Part shown: positions 11,731-26,419 of the stretch, one piece after another
Layout of the letters: each line of letters starts with the position of its first letter
Position numbering within the stretch: the first letter of the stretch is position 1
Assembly: GCF_006345805.1 (NCBI RefSeq)
Contig: NC_043013.1
Span: forward strand, 45,942,001-46,006,000
Direction: 5' to 3'
Length of the DNA: 64,000 bases
From: Octopus sinensis
Taxonomy: Eukaryota
Position numbers and translations under genes: made by a program
The notes under the pieces: generated by a model
Told to the model about the DNA's origin: nothing
What the model saw: the letters and a program-made list of their open reading frames with translations, nothing else
Database searches by the model: none

Positions 11731-12126
11731 GACGGCGAGCTGGCAGAACCGTTAGCACGTCGGACGAAATGCTTAGCGGTATTTCGCCTGCCATTACATT
11801 CTGAGTTCAAATTCCGCCGAGGTCGACTTTGCCTTTCATCCGTTCGGGGTCGATAAATTAAGTACCAGTTACGCACTGGGGTCGATGCAATCGACTTAAT
11901 ACCTATGTCTGTCCTTGTTTGTTCCCTCTATGTTTAGCCCCTTGTGAGTAATAAAGAAATAGGTATTTCGTCCGTCTTTACGTTCTGAGTTCAAATTCCG
12001 CCCAAGTCGAATTTCGCCTTTCATCCTTTCGAAGTCAATAAAATAAGTACCAGTCAAACACTGTGTTCAGTGTAATCGACTTATCACCTCCACGAAATTG
12101 TCGACCTTGTGCTAAAATTTGAAATC
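11731..12126 (+). mobile_element. SINE family A dimer
   Basis: Full head, second unit at 11964 (period 184); degenerate TSD AATATCAAAAGGTGTGA / AATATTAAAAAGGTGCGA. Confidence 0.9.
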
Positions 12127-12209
12127 AATATTAAAAAGGTGCGAGATCCCTTTCTTAGGTCAATGCCAAAAAGTGTCTAGCGCCAGAACCCTCTCTCTCA
12201 CTAAAACAT

Positions 12210-13187
12210 TCTCATTCCCATGCACACACACATACTCTCTCTCTCTCTCTCTCTCTCTCTCACGCGCACGCGCGTTCTCATACACACACACACACACACA
12301 ATCCCTTCGTCTCTCATTTTCTGTCTCACTTGTAAAAATGTTTACTATCATTAATACTGTTTCTAACACAGAGAGACTACTAATGGCCTGTGCGTGTGTG
12401 TGTTTGTGTGTGTGTGTGTGTGTGAACATGCATATATATGATGTTTAACAATATATATGATATATAAAATATATGAACAACACAAATATTACATACACAT
12501 ATATATTCATATATATATAGAAAGAAATAGAGAGAGAGAGGGAATAAGAGAGAGAAAGAGGAACAGAGAGAGAGAAATTGATAGATATGCGTATGTGCAT
12601 ATAGTTTGCTATATATACTACTAGGCCTGTCATGTAAACAGATATCATAAATTCAGTATCTTTTCTAATCTTTTTCTCTGGCCTCTTTTATTACTTTTCC
12701 TTCACTTTGATAAAGGGAATAATCCGAAATGTTAAATACTCTTCTGTTTCATCCATTCATTTTCATTGTACACATTCTTTCGTTGCTGTGGTTTCCTTTC
12801 AGTTTTCAATCTGCTTTTCTCTGGCTTCATCTATTATTAGTTTATTCCTCTTCTTCTTGCTCTGCAATTTTGCTCATTTTATTTGTGTGATTTCTATCTG
12901 CATATATACATGCACACATATACACACACAAGCACACACATGCGTATATATTTATGCATAATATTTATATGTATATACACATGTATATTATGCATAATAT
13001 AAATATAGATAATTCAATATATGTGTATAATGTAATAATATTAATATAAATAATTTATAAATTACATATAACATAAATACACATTATACACACAAACATA
13101 CATTAATATAAATACAGATAATATAATATATAATAATATCAATATATATTATAAGATATATTATATGTATGCATATGTGCATGTATG

Positions 13188-13245
<58 letters not shown>

Positions 13246-13291
13246 TTATATTATATATATATATATAGAAATATAGATATAGATATGGATT

Positions 13292-13345
<54 letters not shown>
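12210..13345. repeat. Compound CA/CT/GA/TA microsatellite region
   Basis: Directly visible. Confidence 0.85.
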
Positions 13346-13879
13346 TAGCTTGTTTGGTAAACTAAGTTCCGTAAAGATTAAATGTTAACTTTTCATGCTT
13401 CGAGATTAATAAATTAGTTTAACAAATTTCTTTATTTACTTTTGATGCTAGTCTTGGGAAAGCAGCAAATTTACCATTTCTCACATTCTAACAGAAATTG
13501 TGCCCATAAAAAACAACTAATTCTATTATAAATAATTGAATAACATAAAATCCAATAATATCACTAGAAAATTTCCATAAACTACCCATTCAGTGATGTC
13601 TTATATTGTAAGATTTCTTTTTTCGAATAAGATTTTTGTCAAAGTCTTCAATGATAGCAACAAACTCAGTGTTCTGAATCTACATGTCTTGGAGGAAAAA
13701 AAATTATCAGATAATTTTTATTTTTGGTTGGCAGAATCTAAATAAATGCTGCTACTGCAAAACATTAAAAAAAAAAATAAATAATATTCCATAATTATTT
13801 TCTTAAAGAATTAGAGAAATGCACTTCAAATTGTGCAAGGCAAACAGAGAGAAAAACAAATGGAAAAATGAATGAATAT

Positions 13880-14054
13880 AAATGCCAGGATTTATATGTA
13901 TGTTTATATATGTGTCTATATGTGTGTGTGTGTATGGAGCTGGGGTTCATTCATATGAATATGTGTGTCTGTATGTGTGTTTGTGTGCAAATGCTCACAT
14001 GCTTTTCTGTGTGCTTCTGTACATGTATGCATGTTTGTGCTGACAAATGTATCA

Positions 14055-14086
<32 letters not shown>

Positions 14087-14184
14087 GTTTATGCACTTTG
14101 TGACTTTGTGTGTATTATATGTTTATCTATATATTTATCTATCTATACATATATATATACACATATATATATACTTAATATATA

Positions 14185-14228
<44 letters not shown>

Positions 14229-14363
14229 TATATATACATATACATACTTATATATATACATATATTACTGACATTTTGTACCCAGACAGACATGTAAACA
14301 TACTCATATATATCTGTTGCTTTCGTATAGGGTTTCACCACACACACACACACACATACATAG

Positions 14364-14399
<36 letters not shown>

Positions 14400-15007
14400 A
14401 CACATTCACTCTCTTTCACTATCACTCTCTCTCACACACACAATGTATATATATCATAAAATATATTTATATCATATACCTACATCATATATTCATAATG
14501 TAAAATATCATTTATTCACAATTGTATATATGCATGTGTATATATATATATATAATATATATATCATGAAATATATTTTAAATAATATTTACAGTTCAAA
14601 CTGTCAGTGTAAACATACCCATTTTACATACCATTAATACACATGTTCCTTTTAGTAAAAAAGGCATAGTAGTTTGTGTATATGTGTGTGTATTGAGAAG
14701 GGGTGTCTATCCATGTGTGAATATATACATATGTGTATTATTTAGATATATACATGTATATATATGCATATATACATACCTACAAAGGACTTTTGAAAAG
14801 ATGAAAAATGAGACAGAAAAAGAGAAAGAAGGAAAGGATGAAGGAAGGAATTGATTGAGGAAGTCGAGGGGGGGGTGCAACGTTTAGAATTGTCTGTAAC
14901 TGTGTATGTATGTGTGTGTGAATATATGATATACATACATATATATATATATATATACACACACATATATATATATATATATGCATGTATGTATGTATAT
15001 ATATATA

Positions 15008-15103
<96 letters not shown>

Positions 15104-16130
15104 CATACACACATACACCCAACACATATATATACATTCAGATATAGATACATATATACATTTACACATACATTCATACATACATGCATGCATGCATACA
15201 TACATACATACATACATACGTACATACATACATACATACATACATATATACATACACACACACATGCATACATTTATGCATACATACATGCATGCATACA
15301 TACATACATACATACATACATACATACATACATACAGACAGACAGACAGACAGACATTCAGACACACATACATGAGCATGAGAGAATGGATTACAATGTC
15401 TGGATGAGGCTGAACATTAAAAGATGCTATAATCCTTTCTACATTTATAATTCCATGGAAACATCTGTATTACCAATTCTGGAGAACAGAACAACAAAAT
15501 ATTTCTAAAAATGGCTTGCCTTCTCTCTCTCACCCTCTCTCTCTCTCTCCCTCACTATCTCTCTCTCTCTTTCTCCCTATCTCTCTCTCGTGCACACACA
15601 GACTTTCTCTTCTCTCACTCTCTCTCCCTATATTATATACAAGATATATATCTATGTAAACATGTGTATGTATGTATGTATATATGTATGTATGTATATA
15701 TGTATGTATGTATATATGTATGTGTGTGTGTGTCTTTCTCTCTCTCCATTCAACTTATTAATCTATCTCTCTATTTCTCCTTTTTCTGTAGCCTTTTATT
15801 CCCCCTCTCTCTCTCTCTCCCTCTCTCTCTCTCCCTCTCTCTCTTTCTCTCTCTCTCTCTTTCTTTCTCTCTCTCTCTTCCTCTCTATTTCTTGCTCTGC
15901 CTCTCTCTTTCTCCCAAATCTCCCCCCACGCCTTCTCCCTTTAGAGAAATACATCATCCCCACTGCCACCGCCACCACCACCACCACCACAACATCACCA
16001 ACTCTTCTCTCTATTCACCAACATTTACAAAACAAACACTTCGCTGCCTCCCCCCTCCTCCTCCTCCACCTTCTTTTCCCTCTCCTCCTGTTCCTCCCCC
16101 CCCCCACCACTTTTTACTATAACTCCTACT
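13880..16130. repeat. Compound TA/TG/CATA/CT/CCA microsatellite region
   Basis: Directly visible; source of many YI/HT/VC artefact ORFs. Confidence 0.9.
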
Positions 16131-16199
16131 TCAGATCTCAACATCTGATTATATGAACATTTTCGAAACTGTTCTCTTCTGATTTATCTCACTCACACT

Positions 16200-17000
16200 C
16201 AGTGATGAAGCGGAGTGGAGTAGAGTGGAGTGGAGTGGAATAGAGTGGAGTAGAATGGGGGAGACTGGAATAGCAGAGGGGAGGACATAGTGAGTGGGGA
16301 GAGTATAGTGATGCGGGAAGTAGTACAGTAAAGGAATTTGATGTTGTCGTTGGTGTTGTTGATTATGGTGATGGTGGTGGGTTGTGGTGATGGTATGCAT
16401 TATTGCAGTGATGATGATGTTGCTGGTGATGACAGCAGTGATGCTGGTGACAGTAGGATGGTATTGTTTATGGTGATGGTGATATGATGATGGTGATGAT
16501 GATAACGTTGATGATGATGATGATAATGGTGGTGTTAGTGGTGGTGGTGGTGGTGATCATAGTATTTTTGTTGTTGTTGTTGTGGAGTGGGGATGATAGT
16601 GGTGATTGTCATAGTGTTGCTCTTGTAGGTGTTGTTGCTACTGATTGGTGGTGGTGGTAGAGTGGCGGTTGCGTGGTGGTAGTGGCGGTGGCTGCAGTGG
16701 TGGTTGTCACGGTTGTCATGGTGATTGTGGTGGCATTGGTGATAGAAATGTTAGTGATGATGATAAGGATGAGGATAACAATGACAACAACGGCAATGGT
16801 GATAATGATAATGATGACAGCAATGTGATGTTATTGTTAGCATTGAGAGTTGTTGTTGTTGTAGGTGGTTGCAGTGGTGGTCATGGTGGATGGGAGGGAC
16901 ATTGTTGGTATTGCTAGTGAACTTGTCGGGGGTGGGGGGGTGGTATTGTTCGTGTTGGTGGATGTTTGCTAGTGGTGGTATTGTTACAGCTGATGTTGTT
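16200..17000. repeat. (GGAGT)n and (GGT/GAT/GTT)n low-complexity array
   Basis: Directly visible. Confidence 0.85.
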
Positions 17001-17009
17001 GTGGTTTAT

Positions 17010-17200
17010 TCATTGTTTAACCCCAGGTCAACCTGATCAAGAAACCAGTGATCAAAGACGTTCCAGATGCAGCCAGTAGTTTCAAGAATAGTACATCCAA
17101 CATAAGGTTGCAGCATGCCTTGCCTGTTTGAAGATGGCACAGTATAAGTTGAGAATCATTTGACTGCCATTTCCAGCATGTTGGATGTCTACATAGAGGC
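17010..17200 (+). mobile_element. Dispersed repeat family D (..CTGATCAAG..TGATCAAAG..TTCCAG..GCTATTTCTAGCAGG..GTAGAGG)
   Basis: Related copies at ~5750-5830, 24615-24820 (-), 26210-26405, 29290-29345, 45410-45540 (-) and 56380-56440 (-). Confidence 0.6.
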
Positions 17201-17456
17201 TCTACTATTGGCTTATTTTGGTGGTGTTGGTGGCAGTGGTGGGGGTGGGGGTTGAGAGAAGAACTACTAATCTATGGCAGGAGATTTAATACAGAATTAT
17301 ACACTTCACATAATCTGTCTATATAATTCAAATGTACACATTGACTTGTCTGAATGTATGCATGTAAATACAAAAACACATGCACATCTAGACACACACA
17401 TCTATATGTATATATGTATATATATGTGTGTCTGTGTGTGTATAAATATGTGTGTG

Positions 17457-17489
<33 letters not shown>

Positions 17490-17491
<2 letters not shown>

Positions 17492-17660
17492 ACTTTTACT
17501 TGTTTCAGTCATTTGACTGCGGCCATACTGGAGCACCACCTTTAGTCGAGCAAATCGACCCCAGGACTTATTCTTTGTAAGCCTAGTACTTATTCTATCA
17601 GTATCTTTTACCGAACCACTAAGTTATGGGGACGTAAACACACCAGCATCGGTTGTATAC
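17490..17660 (-). mobile_element. SINE family B, 3' half
   Basis: CTTTTACTTGTTTCAGTCATTTGACTGCGGCC.. is the reverse complement of the family tail. Confidence 0.85.
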
Positions 17661-17703
<43 letters not shown>

Positions 17704-17820
17704 TCAATAATAAAGGGTGAAATTAATTAATTTAGAAATAATCATTAATTTCACCAAGTAGAGTTTGGCATGTAAAAGACCCTTCTAAATTCGGTGTGTG
17801 GTGAGGCAAATCGTTGCTAA

Positions 17821-17854
<34 letters not shown>

Positions 17855-17856
<2 letters not shown>

Positions 17857-18033
17857 TTGTGTGGTAAGTAGCTTGCTTATAAGCCACATGGTTCCGGGTT
17901 CAGTCCCACTGCGTGGCATCTTGGGCAAGTGTCCTCTATAATAGCCTCGGGCCAACCAAAGCCTTGTGAGTGGATTTGGTAGACAGAAACTGAAAGAAGT
18001 CCATCGTATATATGTATATATATATATATATAT

Positions 18034-18064
<31 letters not shown>

Positions 18065-18275
18065 GTATATGCTTGTGTGTCTATGTTTGTCCCCCCAACA
18101 TCGCTTGGCAACCGATGCTGGTGTGTTTACATCCCTGTAACTTAGCAGTTTGGCAAAAGAGACCAATAAAATAAGTACTAGGCTTACAAAGAATAATCCC
18201 TGGAGTCAACTAAAAAGGCGGTGCTCCACCATGGCCACAGTCAGATGACTGAAACAAGTAAAAGGGTAAAAGAGT
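17855..18275 (+). mobile_element. SINE family B
   Basis: GTGTGGTAAGTAGC..GGGTTCAGTCCC..TTGGGCAAGTGTC, internal (TA)n(TG)n, tail GAAACAAGTAAAAG. Confidence 0.9.
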
Positions 18276-18339
18276 ATATATATATATATATATATACATC
18301 TCTTTCTCTCCCTTGCTCTTTCTCTTTCTCTCTCTCTCT

Positions 18340-18650
18340 CTCTCTCTCTGGTTGGGTGGTCATGTACCTCCTCTACAGCAAGACACTTGTTTCTGTCTCT
18401 GTCTCTATCACAATGTAACCTTTCATCATCTGGTACAAGATCACCTCCTCCAATACCTCCCCACCTCTAGAAAGATCTTTGCTGGTTCCACATAAAAAGT
18501 ATCCGTGCCAAAACTGACCTCACCTGTGTTGGTGCCATGTAAAAAGCTCTCAGTCCACCCTGCAGGTGTTTGGAAGGGCATTCAGCTGTAAAAACCCTGC
18601 CAAAACAGACACAGAAGTCTGGTGCAGTTTTCAGCTTGTCCAGCTGAGAA
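18340..18650 (+). mobile_element. Decayed repeat with an RTE-type tail motif
   Basis: GGAAGGGCATTCAGCTGTAAAAAC motif; the body resembles 21540-21680. Confidence 0.5.
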
Positions 18651-19044
18651 GTACATGTAACCCTATGATATCCTAATACAACAGCATTACAAAAGCCTTT
18701 GTGTGCCCTTAGTATATTAGAAGAGGTACACTAAAGGAAGATGAAAGAGGCTAAAAATGGCTTGTGTGTATATATATATATATATATATAATGATAATGA
18801 TATGAAGGAATATTATTCCAAACCTTCAGGAAAAATTCTATTTAGAAATACTAAATCAAATTTCACAAAATATAATATATATATAAATTAGAAAAAAACC
18901 ACCTTTTATCAATTCAATAATGAAAAATTAAATTATACCATCTAGAAAATTACATATTATAGAAAGATTAAATATATAATAAAACATATAACGATGATTA
19001 AGTAATATGCAAAATAATAAATAAAACATTTTTTTTTCTAATTC

Positions 19045-19138
<94 letters not shown>

Positions 19139-19139
19139 G

Positions 19140-20412
19140 CAAGTCATAAAATAACTTTCGTTTTTTGAAGTAAATTGTCACAACACATTTCAAACTTCAG
19201 AGGTTTAAAATTGAAATGGAAACTACCGTTTTTAAAAGAGCCTTATCTGTCATTCATATTTATGCAGTGAAAGCATGCATATCATAGTTTAATATTAAAT
19301 TTCATTCTGCTAAAATGGAGGAACTGAAAGTGCATATTCGACATGTGATGTTGTGGGAGCTTAAGAATGGGAAAAACATCAGAGAAACAGCTAATAAAAT
19401 ATGTGGTGTTTATGATCAAGGAGTCATTACTGACCAGCTGGTGTGAAATTGATTTTCAAAGTTTTGTTCCAGAGATTTGTTACTGAGAGATCAACTCAGA
19501 CCAGGACATTCATTATACTTCGAATAAGATGCTTTAAGAGAATTAGTGGAATTCAGTCCTTGTAAAAGTACTCAGGAATTAACAACTGACTTCAACGCAT
19601 CCCAGTCCTTCATCTGCTGCCACTTGGAAACAATAGGAAAAGTCAGCAAGCTGGGTGTTCGGGTTTTCCATACTCTTAGGGATAAGGTTAGGGAAGATCT
19701 CATGTCCATAGGGACAAGTCTCCTTTCAAGGTTGAGAAATGACCCACTTAATCAATAATATTACAGGTAATGAAAAATGGGTCTTTTATGAAAATGTTCA
19801 ATGCAAAAGGCAGTGGATGGACAAGGATAAATCTCACCCAACCTACCTCAAAGGCTGAGTTCCGTAGACAGAAGGTTATGTTGTGTGTATGGTGAGATCA
19901 CCATGGCATTATTCAGTTTGAGTTTTTAAGCCCCAATCAAACACTAAATGTTGGCTTATACTCTCAACAGCTGCAACGCATGCATGAAAATCTTTTAAGA
20001 AAACCCCCTCACTTGCCAATAACTGAAATGTTTTGCTTCTCCATAATAACACATGACTATATTCAGCAAAAATCATGCAGGATAAAATATTGGATTTGGA
20101 CTGGTCTGTTCTGCCCTACCCTCCATATTTACCACACCTTGCGACAATTACTTTCCATCTTCTTCACCTCCACAAAATGCTCTGATAGGGAAGATATTTT
20201 CTTGTGAAGATCAGGTGAAAACCTAAGTGGAAAGCTTCTTCATGTTGAAGCCAGCTGAATTTTAATCAAGATTAATCAAAAAGCAACCTGATAAATGACA
20301 AATGGTCATTCAAAATAATGGCAACTATACTGATAATTGAAAATAATTATAAAATTTTTTTCATGAGTGAAGATGTTTAACAAAATTGGAAATTATTTAT
20401 AACTCAACACAA
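19140..20412 (+). mobile_element. Decayed mariner transposon (transposase pseudogene from ATG 19315)
   Basis: MEELKVHIRHVMLWELKNGKN..RPG..KLG..TGNEKWVFYEN..LLLHNN..LPYPPY with stops and frameshifts; imperfect terminal repeats near 19140 and 20400. Confidence 0.9.
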
Positions 20413-20424
20413 TATATATATATA

Positions 20425-20845
<421 letters not shown>

Positions 20846-21129
20846 TGAAATTTATAGAAAAACAAAAGACAAAGACAGGTGTATGAACAACAAACAGGTG
20901 TATTAGATTAATGCTAGGCAAAATGAAAAATGAAAAAATCTTTTACGTTTCGAGCCTACACTCTACAACAGAAAGGAATAAGAGAAAAAAAAAAGAGAGA
21001 GAGAGAGAATGGGAAAAACCTGTAGATTTAGCTGCCAAGCATGGAGACTGGAGCAAAGCAGTGAAAAATGTGAAATGTTACAAGAGTTTCTGAAAATGTA
21101 GAAAATATTTGCCCAAGGCACACACACAC

Positions 21130-21161
<32 letters not shown>

Positions 21162-21329
21162 ATATATATATGTGTGTGTGTGTGTATATGTGTATATGTA
21201 TATATATCATCATCATCATCATCATTTAATGTCCGTTTTCCGCGCTAGCACGGGTTATATGTATATATATGTGTGTATTGGAGAACGGACGTTAAACGAT
21301 GATGATGATGATGATATATATATATTAGG

Positions 21330-21490
21330 AAGGGCAGTTGGCGTTAGGAAGGGCATCCAGCCGTAGAAACACTGCAGATTTGACTGGGCCTGATGAAGCC
21401 TTCTGGCTTCACAGACCCCAGTAGAACCGTCCAACCCATGCTAGCATGGAAAACGGACGCTAAATGATGATGATGATGATGATGATGATA
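21330..21490 (+). mobile_element. RTE-type 3' end (family C) with (TGA)n tail
   Basis: GTTGGCGTTAGGAAGGGCATCCAGC..CCAACCCATGCTAGCATGGAAAACGGACG(T/C)TAAATGATGATG; the same end lies downstream of the RTE RT at 40.9-41.4 kb. Confidence 0.8.
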
Positions 21491-21491
21491 T

Positions 21492-21522
<31 letters not shown>

Positions 21523-21679
21523 GGCAAGACATCTGTTTCTGCCTCTCTGTCTCTCTTTCACACTCTAACCTTTCGTCATCTGACACAAAATCACCCCCTC
21601 CAGGGCCCCCTCCCCTCAAGTTACTTTGTGACCCTACCGGTGCTCATGCCACATGAAAAGCATTCAGTGCCGCTGTATG

Positions 21680-22065
21680 GCACTTTGGGCAAGTGCTTTC
21701 GACTGTAACTTTGGGCCGACCAAAGCCTTGTGAGAGGATTTGGCAGAGAGAAACTGAAGGAAACCCATCATATATGTGTGTGTATGTGTGTATGCATGTG
21801 TGTGTATGTATGTGTGTGTATGCATGCGCACGTGTATGTGTGTGTCTGTCTGTCTGTGTCTGTGTCTATGTTTGTTCCCCCACCATCACTCGACAGCCAA
21901 TGCTGGTATGTTTATATCCCCATAACTTAGCAGTTCAGCAAAAGAGATTGATAGAACAAGTACTAGGCTTACAAAGAATAAATCCTGGGGTCGATTTGTT
22001 TGACTAAAGGTGGTGGTCTAGCATGGCCACAGTCAAAAGACTGAATCAAATAAAAGAATAAAAGA
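21680..22065 (+). mobile_element. SINE family B, 5'-truncated
   Basis: TTTGGGCAAGTGC..CAAAGCCTTGTGAG.., (TG)n, family tail. Confidence 0.85.
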
Positions 22066-22184
22066 ACATATATATATATATAAGATATTTGAGGAAAGAT
22101 TAATGGTTATAAAAAAAAAACAGATATATAATAATAGATAATAATTTTCTTTATCAAAATATGCTATGAAAATAAAAATAAACC

Positions 22185-23320
22185 TTATTTTCTATACTGT
22201 TTTTCAATAAAGCTACCTTCTGCTTCAACAACTGCTTCTATATGAGATCTAAATCATTTGCATGCTTGAAACAAGTGGTCCTGGTTCATTTTGGACATTA
22301 CTTTGACAACGGCAGCTTTTAAAGAATCTTTGGTGTTATGGGCATGTTCATTGACCCCTCTCTCAACAATGCATCACATGTAATAGTCCAATGGATTGAG
22401 ATCTGGGGAATTAGGAGACCAAATGTCAGGGGTTATGATCACGAAACTTTTCAGCCATCCAATCCTGTGTTACTAGAGAGAGCCATGTATGATGGTGCAG
22501 AGTCTTACTGAAACACATATGACCTTCCATTGCATACACTGTCTATCCAGAGCTTAACAATTATTTCCAGGGCCTCTATGTAGCAGCAGAGTTAACTTTA
22601 AGGCCTTGTGGAAGGCAGTAAGGCAGCATCACATATCCTTCATTGCTGACAACCCCTAAAACAATGACAGTTGCCGGAAATTTTGTATGCATAACACTTC
22701 AGAAGGGTCTGCACATAACCATCTGTCATTTCTTCTGTTAACTTTTTGATCTTGATCGAAATTTTTCTCGTTTGAGTAAAACCAAATCAAATCTTCTGCA
22801 GAATTTTTCAGTTTGTTTAAGAGCCTTTTAGATCTGGTGTAGTGATTTCCTTTTGCTTTTTCTGACAAATTGACCTTTCTTTGTCATATAGGACTTATAT
22901 CTGATGACAACATTTCTGACTGTTCCTTCTTATATATGGAGATCTTATGCAATTGATCTCATGGACTTTCTGGGATTGTAATCAATGGTCTTTTGAACTT
23001 GCTGGATAAATCAAGTGTTCTGATGATTTCAGAGCATTTAGAATACTTTTTATGCTTTGATACTGGCGCCAATTTCCATCTTCAGTCTCTAACTCCTTAC
23101 AAACTTTGTAGATGAAAGATCTGGCAACTTTTAAAAATCGAGATATTTCTAAATCGTTAAGCTCAGCCTTTACAACCACAATAACAACATACCTCTTCAT
23201 TTCTTGAGTAAGCTGAGGGCCAGCCATTATTATTTTCTGAAACATAGATTATACAGAGTTAGCAAAAATTGCAGCAATGACCCAAAAAAGGTATGTCCTT
23301 AAATACGTTACACACCCTGT
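22185..23320 (-). mobile_element. Decayed Tc1/mariner-superfamily transposon, maT/DD37D-like
   Basis: FYSNEKNFDQDQKVNRRNDRW, FQ*DSAP, WSPNSPDLNPLDYY, EAVVEAEGSFIE; terminus CAGGGTGT at ~23319. Confidence 0.85.
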
Positions 23321-23334
23321 GTATATCATCATCA

Positions 23335-23570
23335 TCATCATCATCGTTTAACGTCCGTTTTCCGCGCTAGCATGGGTTGGACGGTTTCGACCGGGGTCTG
23401 GGGAGCTCGGGACTGCCCCAGGCTCCAGTCTAGTCTGGCAGTGTTTCTACAACTGGATGCCCTTCCTAACGCCAACCACTCCGCGAGTGTAGTGGGTGTT
23501 TTTTACGTGCCACCTGCACAGGTGCCAGAGGGGTCTGGCATCGGCTACGTTCGGATGGTGCTTTTTATGT
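23335..23570 (-). mobile_element. RTE-type 3' end (family C)
   Basis: (CAT)n-CGTTTAACGTCCG..GGATGCCCTTCCTAACGCCAACC. Confidence 0.85.
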
Positions 23571-23909
23571 GGGGGGGGGTGCAGAAATATAGGGGAGCAC
23601 CAGTGGGGAGGGGTGGTTCAGAGAAATGATGACAGGTTCTACGCAAGTAGAACGTAGGATATCGAGAGAGGGGTAATGCATGGTGAAATAGCGTATTGAA
23701 GAGGGGGGTTCGAAGAGTAGACACCTATAATGGTGGTGGGAGAAGCGACATCCGGTATAGATGGAGCAAAATATAGAGATATCCGGTATTGGTGGTGGGG
23801 GTGGGCAGGGCGGGTGCACCGATATGTATATATATATATATATATATATAAACATGTAGAATATTTGGAACAGATAGAGCTAATTTGAGCACTAAAGGAT
23901 TAAGATACC

Positions 23910-24322
23910 TAGGAGTGGCTGTATGATAAGTAGCTTGCCTACCAACCACATGGTTCCGGGTTCAGTCCCACTGCATGGCACCTTGGACAAGTGTCTTCTA
24001 CTATAGCCTCAGGCTGACCAAAGCCTTGTGAGTGGATTTGGTAGACGGAAACTGAAAGAAGCCCATCGTATATATTTGTATATATACACACATATAAATA
24101 CATATTTGTACGTGTGTGTCTATGTTTGTCCCCTCCAACATCACTTGACAACTGATGCTGGTGTGTTTACGTCCCTGTAACTTAGCGGTTCAGCAAAAGA
24201 GACCGATAGAATAAGCACTAGGCTTGCAAAGAATAAATCCTGGGGTCAATTTGCTCGACTAAAGGCCTTGCTCAGCATGGCCACAGTCAAATGACTGAAA
24301 CAAGTAAAAGAGTAAAAAGAGT
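23910..24322 (+). mobile_element. SINE family B, full length
   Basis: AGGAGTGGCTGT.. head through the GTAAAAGAGTAAAAAG tail. Confidence 0.9.
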
Positions 24323-24829
24323 AATATATTAGCAGCCTAGTCTTACCAACTCTAAAAGCCCCAAATCTCAAGGGCTCTGCATTCCTAAAACATGTACATC
24401 TCTACATCCCATTCTAACTGACTTCAAGGGACCAATTCTTCACAGCTTAATCTAAGTAACTATCGAATACAGGACTCTTCCCAGCCTACTCTTTCTAGCT
24501 CGAAGAAATGACTTTCTTAGCAGTAAAAAAGATTTCTCTTGTTTTTAGTTCCAGTTTTGATTTATTACTTTATAATTTGACACTTTGAAGTTACAGCCAT
24601 TGTTATCACCACTAGCCACAAACACAATGATAGAGAGCCTCCATGTGGTCATTGATCCTGCTAGAAATGGTAACCAAGTTTCCCTCAAATCACACTCTGC
24701 CTTTTTAGAAAATAATTCACTGAAAAAAATGTGATCCCAGAACAGCTGCCCAGGATGGTCACACCTGGAATGTCTTTGGCGATAGAGCATTTCGATCAGG
24801 GCTGACTTGGGGTTATGCAACAATGACAT

Positions 24830-25170
24830 CAACAACAAGTGTCACAACAATATCAACACAACCACTATCCCCACCACCACCAACACCACCACCACCAACA
24901 CCACCACCATCAACATCATCCCCATGATGTCTACATTCACTATAACCCTCACCACCACTACCATCACCACCACCACCACCACCACCACCACCATCACAAT
25001 TATCACAGACATCACCACTGTTACCATCATCACCTACATCACCATCATGACCTCTACAATCACTCCCACCACCACTACCACCATCACCTCACCACCACCA
25101 TCATCACCACCCCAACCATTGGCAGTACCAACATTACCATCACCATCATCATTGTCGCTGACATCACCAG
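24830..25170. repeat. (CCA/CAT/CAA)n trinucleotide array
   Basis: Directly visible. Confidence 0.9.
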
Positions 25171-26419
25171 TTTTTCATCCAAATGTTTCCAAACTAATTT
25201 GATCGATGTTATTTGCTTCTCTCCGGCTGTTTCAGTCTGTGGCCAATATTTTTTCAATAAAAATTTAAATAGCATTCCGTTATTTCCACCTAATTTTCTC
25301 TGTAATGAGCCAAGATTTCCTCTTTCACACAAAAGCATCAGAATTAGAAAACGTCTTCTTAGACCGGAAGAGACAGGCTCACTTTCGGACTTTAAGTCTC
25401 TAAGTAATTAAAAATATTTTTCTCACCAACCATTTCCGCCCAGCAAACTATAAAGAGAAAGCCACAGTCTGAACAAATTTGCTATAGAATGATATATCCA
25501 GTTGGAAAATACAGCGAGATATTATTTGAAGAAAAGTAGAACCTTAAATAATCATAGAATTTTGTTCTAAAAATACAATCTTGGAGAGAGAAATTTGGTT
25601 ATTGATTCTCTGTTCTTGCCTCATAACAATGAAATACAAAAAAAAAAAAAATGATTGGAATAGTTCTCATTATTACTATAAGGACAACTAGAAGATGCTA
25701 AGTTTCAGATAAATGAAGAACATCAGGAAATTCCAAAAGTAATTATTTGAGGAGGTGTTCTGATCTTGGAGTAGCAATTCACTTTATATTAACCTTCTTT
25801 TTTTAGAATTTTTGGCAAAGTTATAACTTTTCTTTTTTAATTTTTAAAATTTTTGTTATAAAATTATTTTGGGTTGTACTGATCTTCTAGGACTAACAAG
25901 TCATTTTATATTTCTTTTATACTTTTATTTATTTATTCTTTTGCTATTTTAACTTTTTTAGTTTTTGGCAGGCTTTTTTTTTAAATTTTCATCTTGATTT
26001 ATTTTTAATTTTCTATAAACTTTTATATTATTGTTTTAATATAGTCTTATAATAAATCAATATCATACTGATTCTTCTCCTGCTCTTTAAGTTCGTCTTT
26101 AGCATTCTGTATTGTTATGTCTTGCCTTGGTGCCAAATGAAGAAATGGTAATGGTGGTGGTGATGGTAGTGGTGGTGCTGCTTTTTTTTCTGTTGTTTTT
26201 GTTGTTGTTTGTATTTAGTCTCCTGATAAAGAAGACCTGTGATCAAAAGCATTCCAGCTGTGACCATCCCACCCTCTTAGGTTACAGGTATCTAGCACTA
26301 TATTACCCTGTGTGTCCTCACACCTTTTCTTAAAGATAATTGGAGGTTACTTGCATGAGATTTGGTTGTTATTTCTAGCAAGCTAAGCAACCATGTAGAG
26401 GTAACCTCCTTTACAGTAG

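Noticed and set aside
15372-15478. Minus-strand exon-like island between microsatellites
   Set aside because: All three frames contain stops, and the donor is part of a (CATA) repeat.
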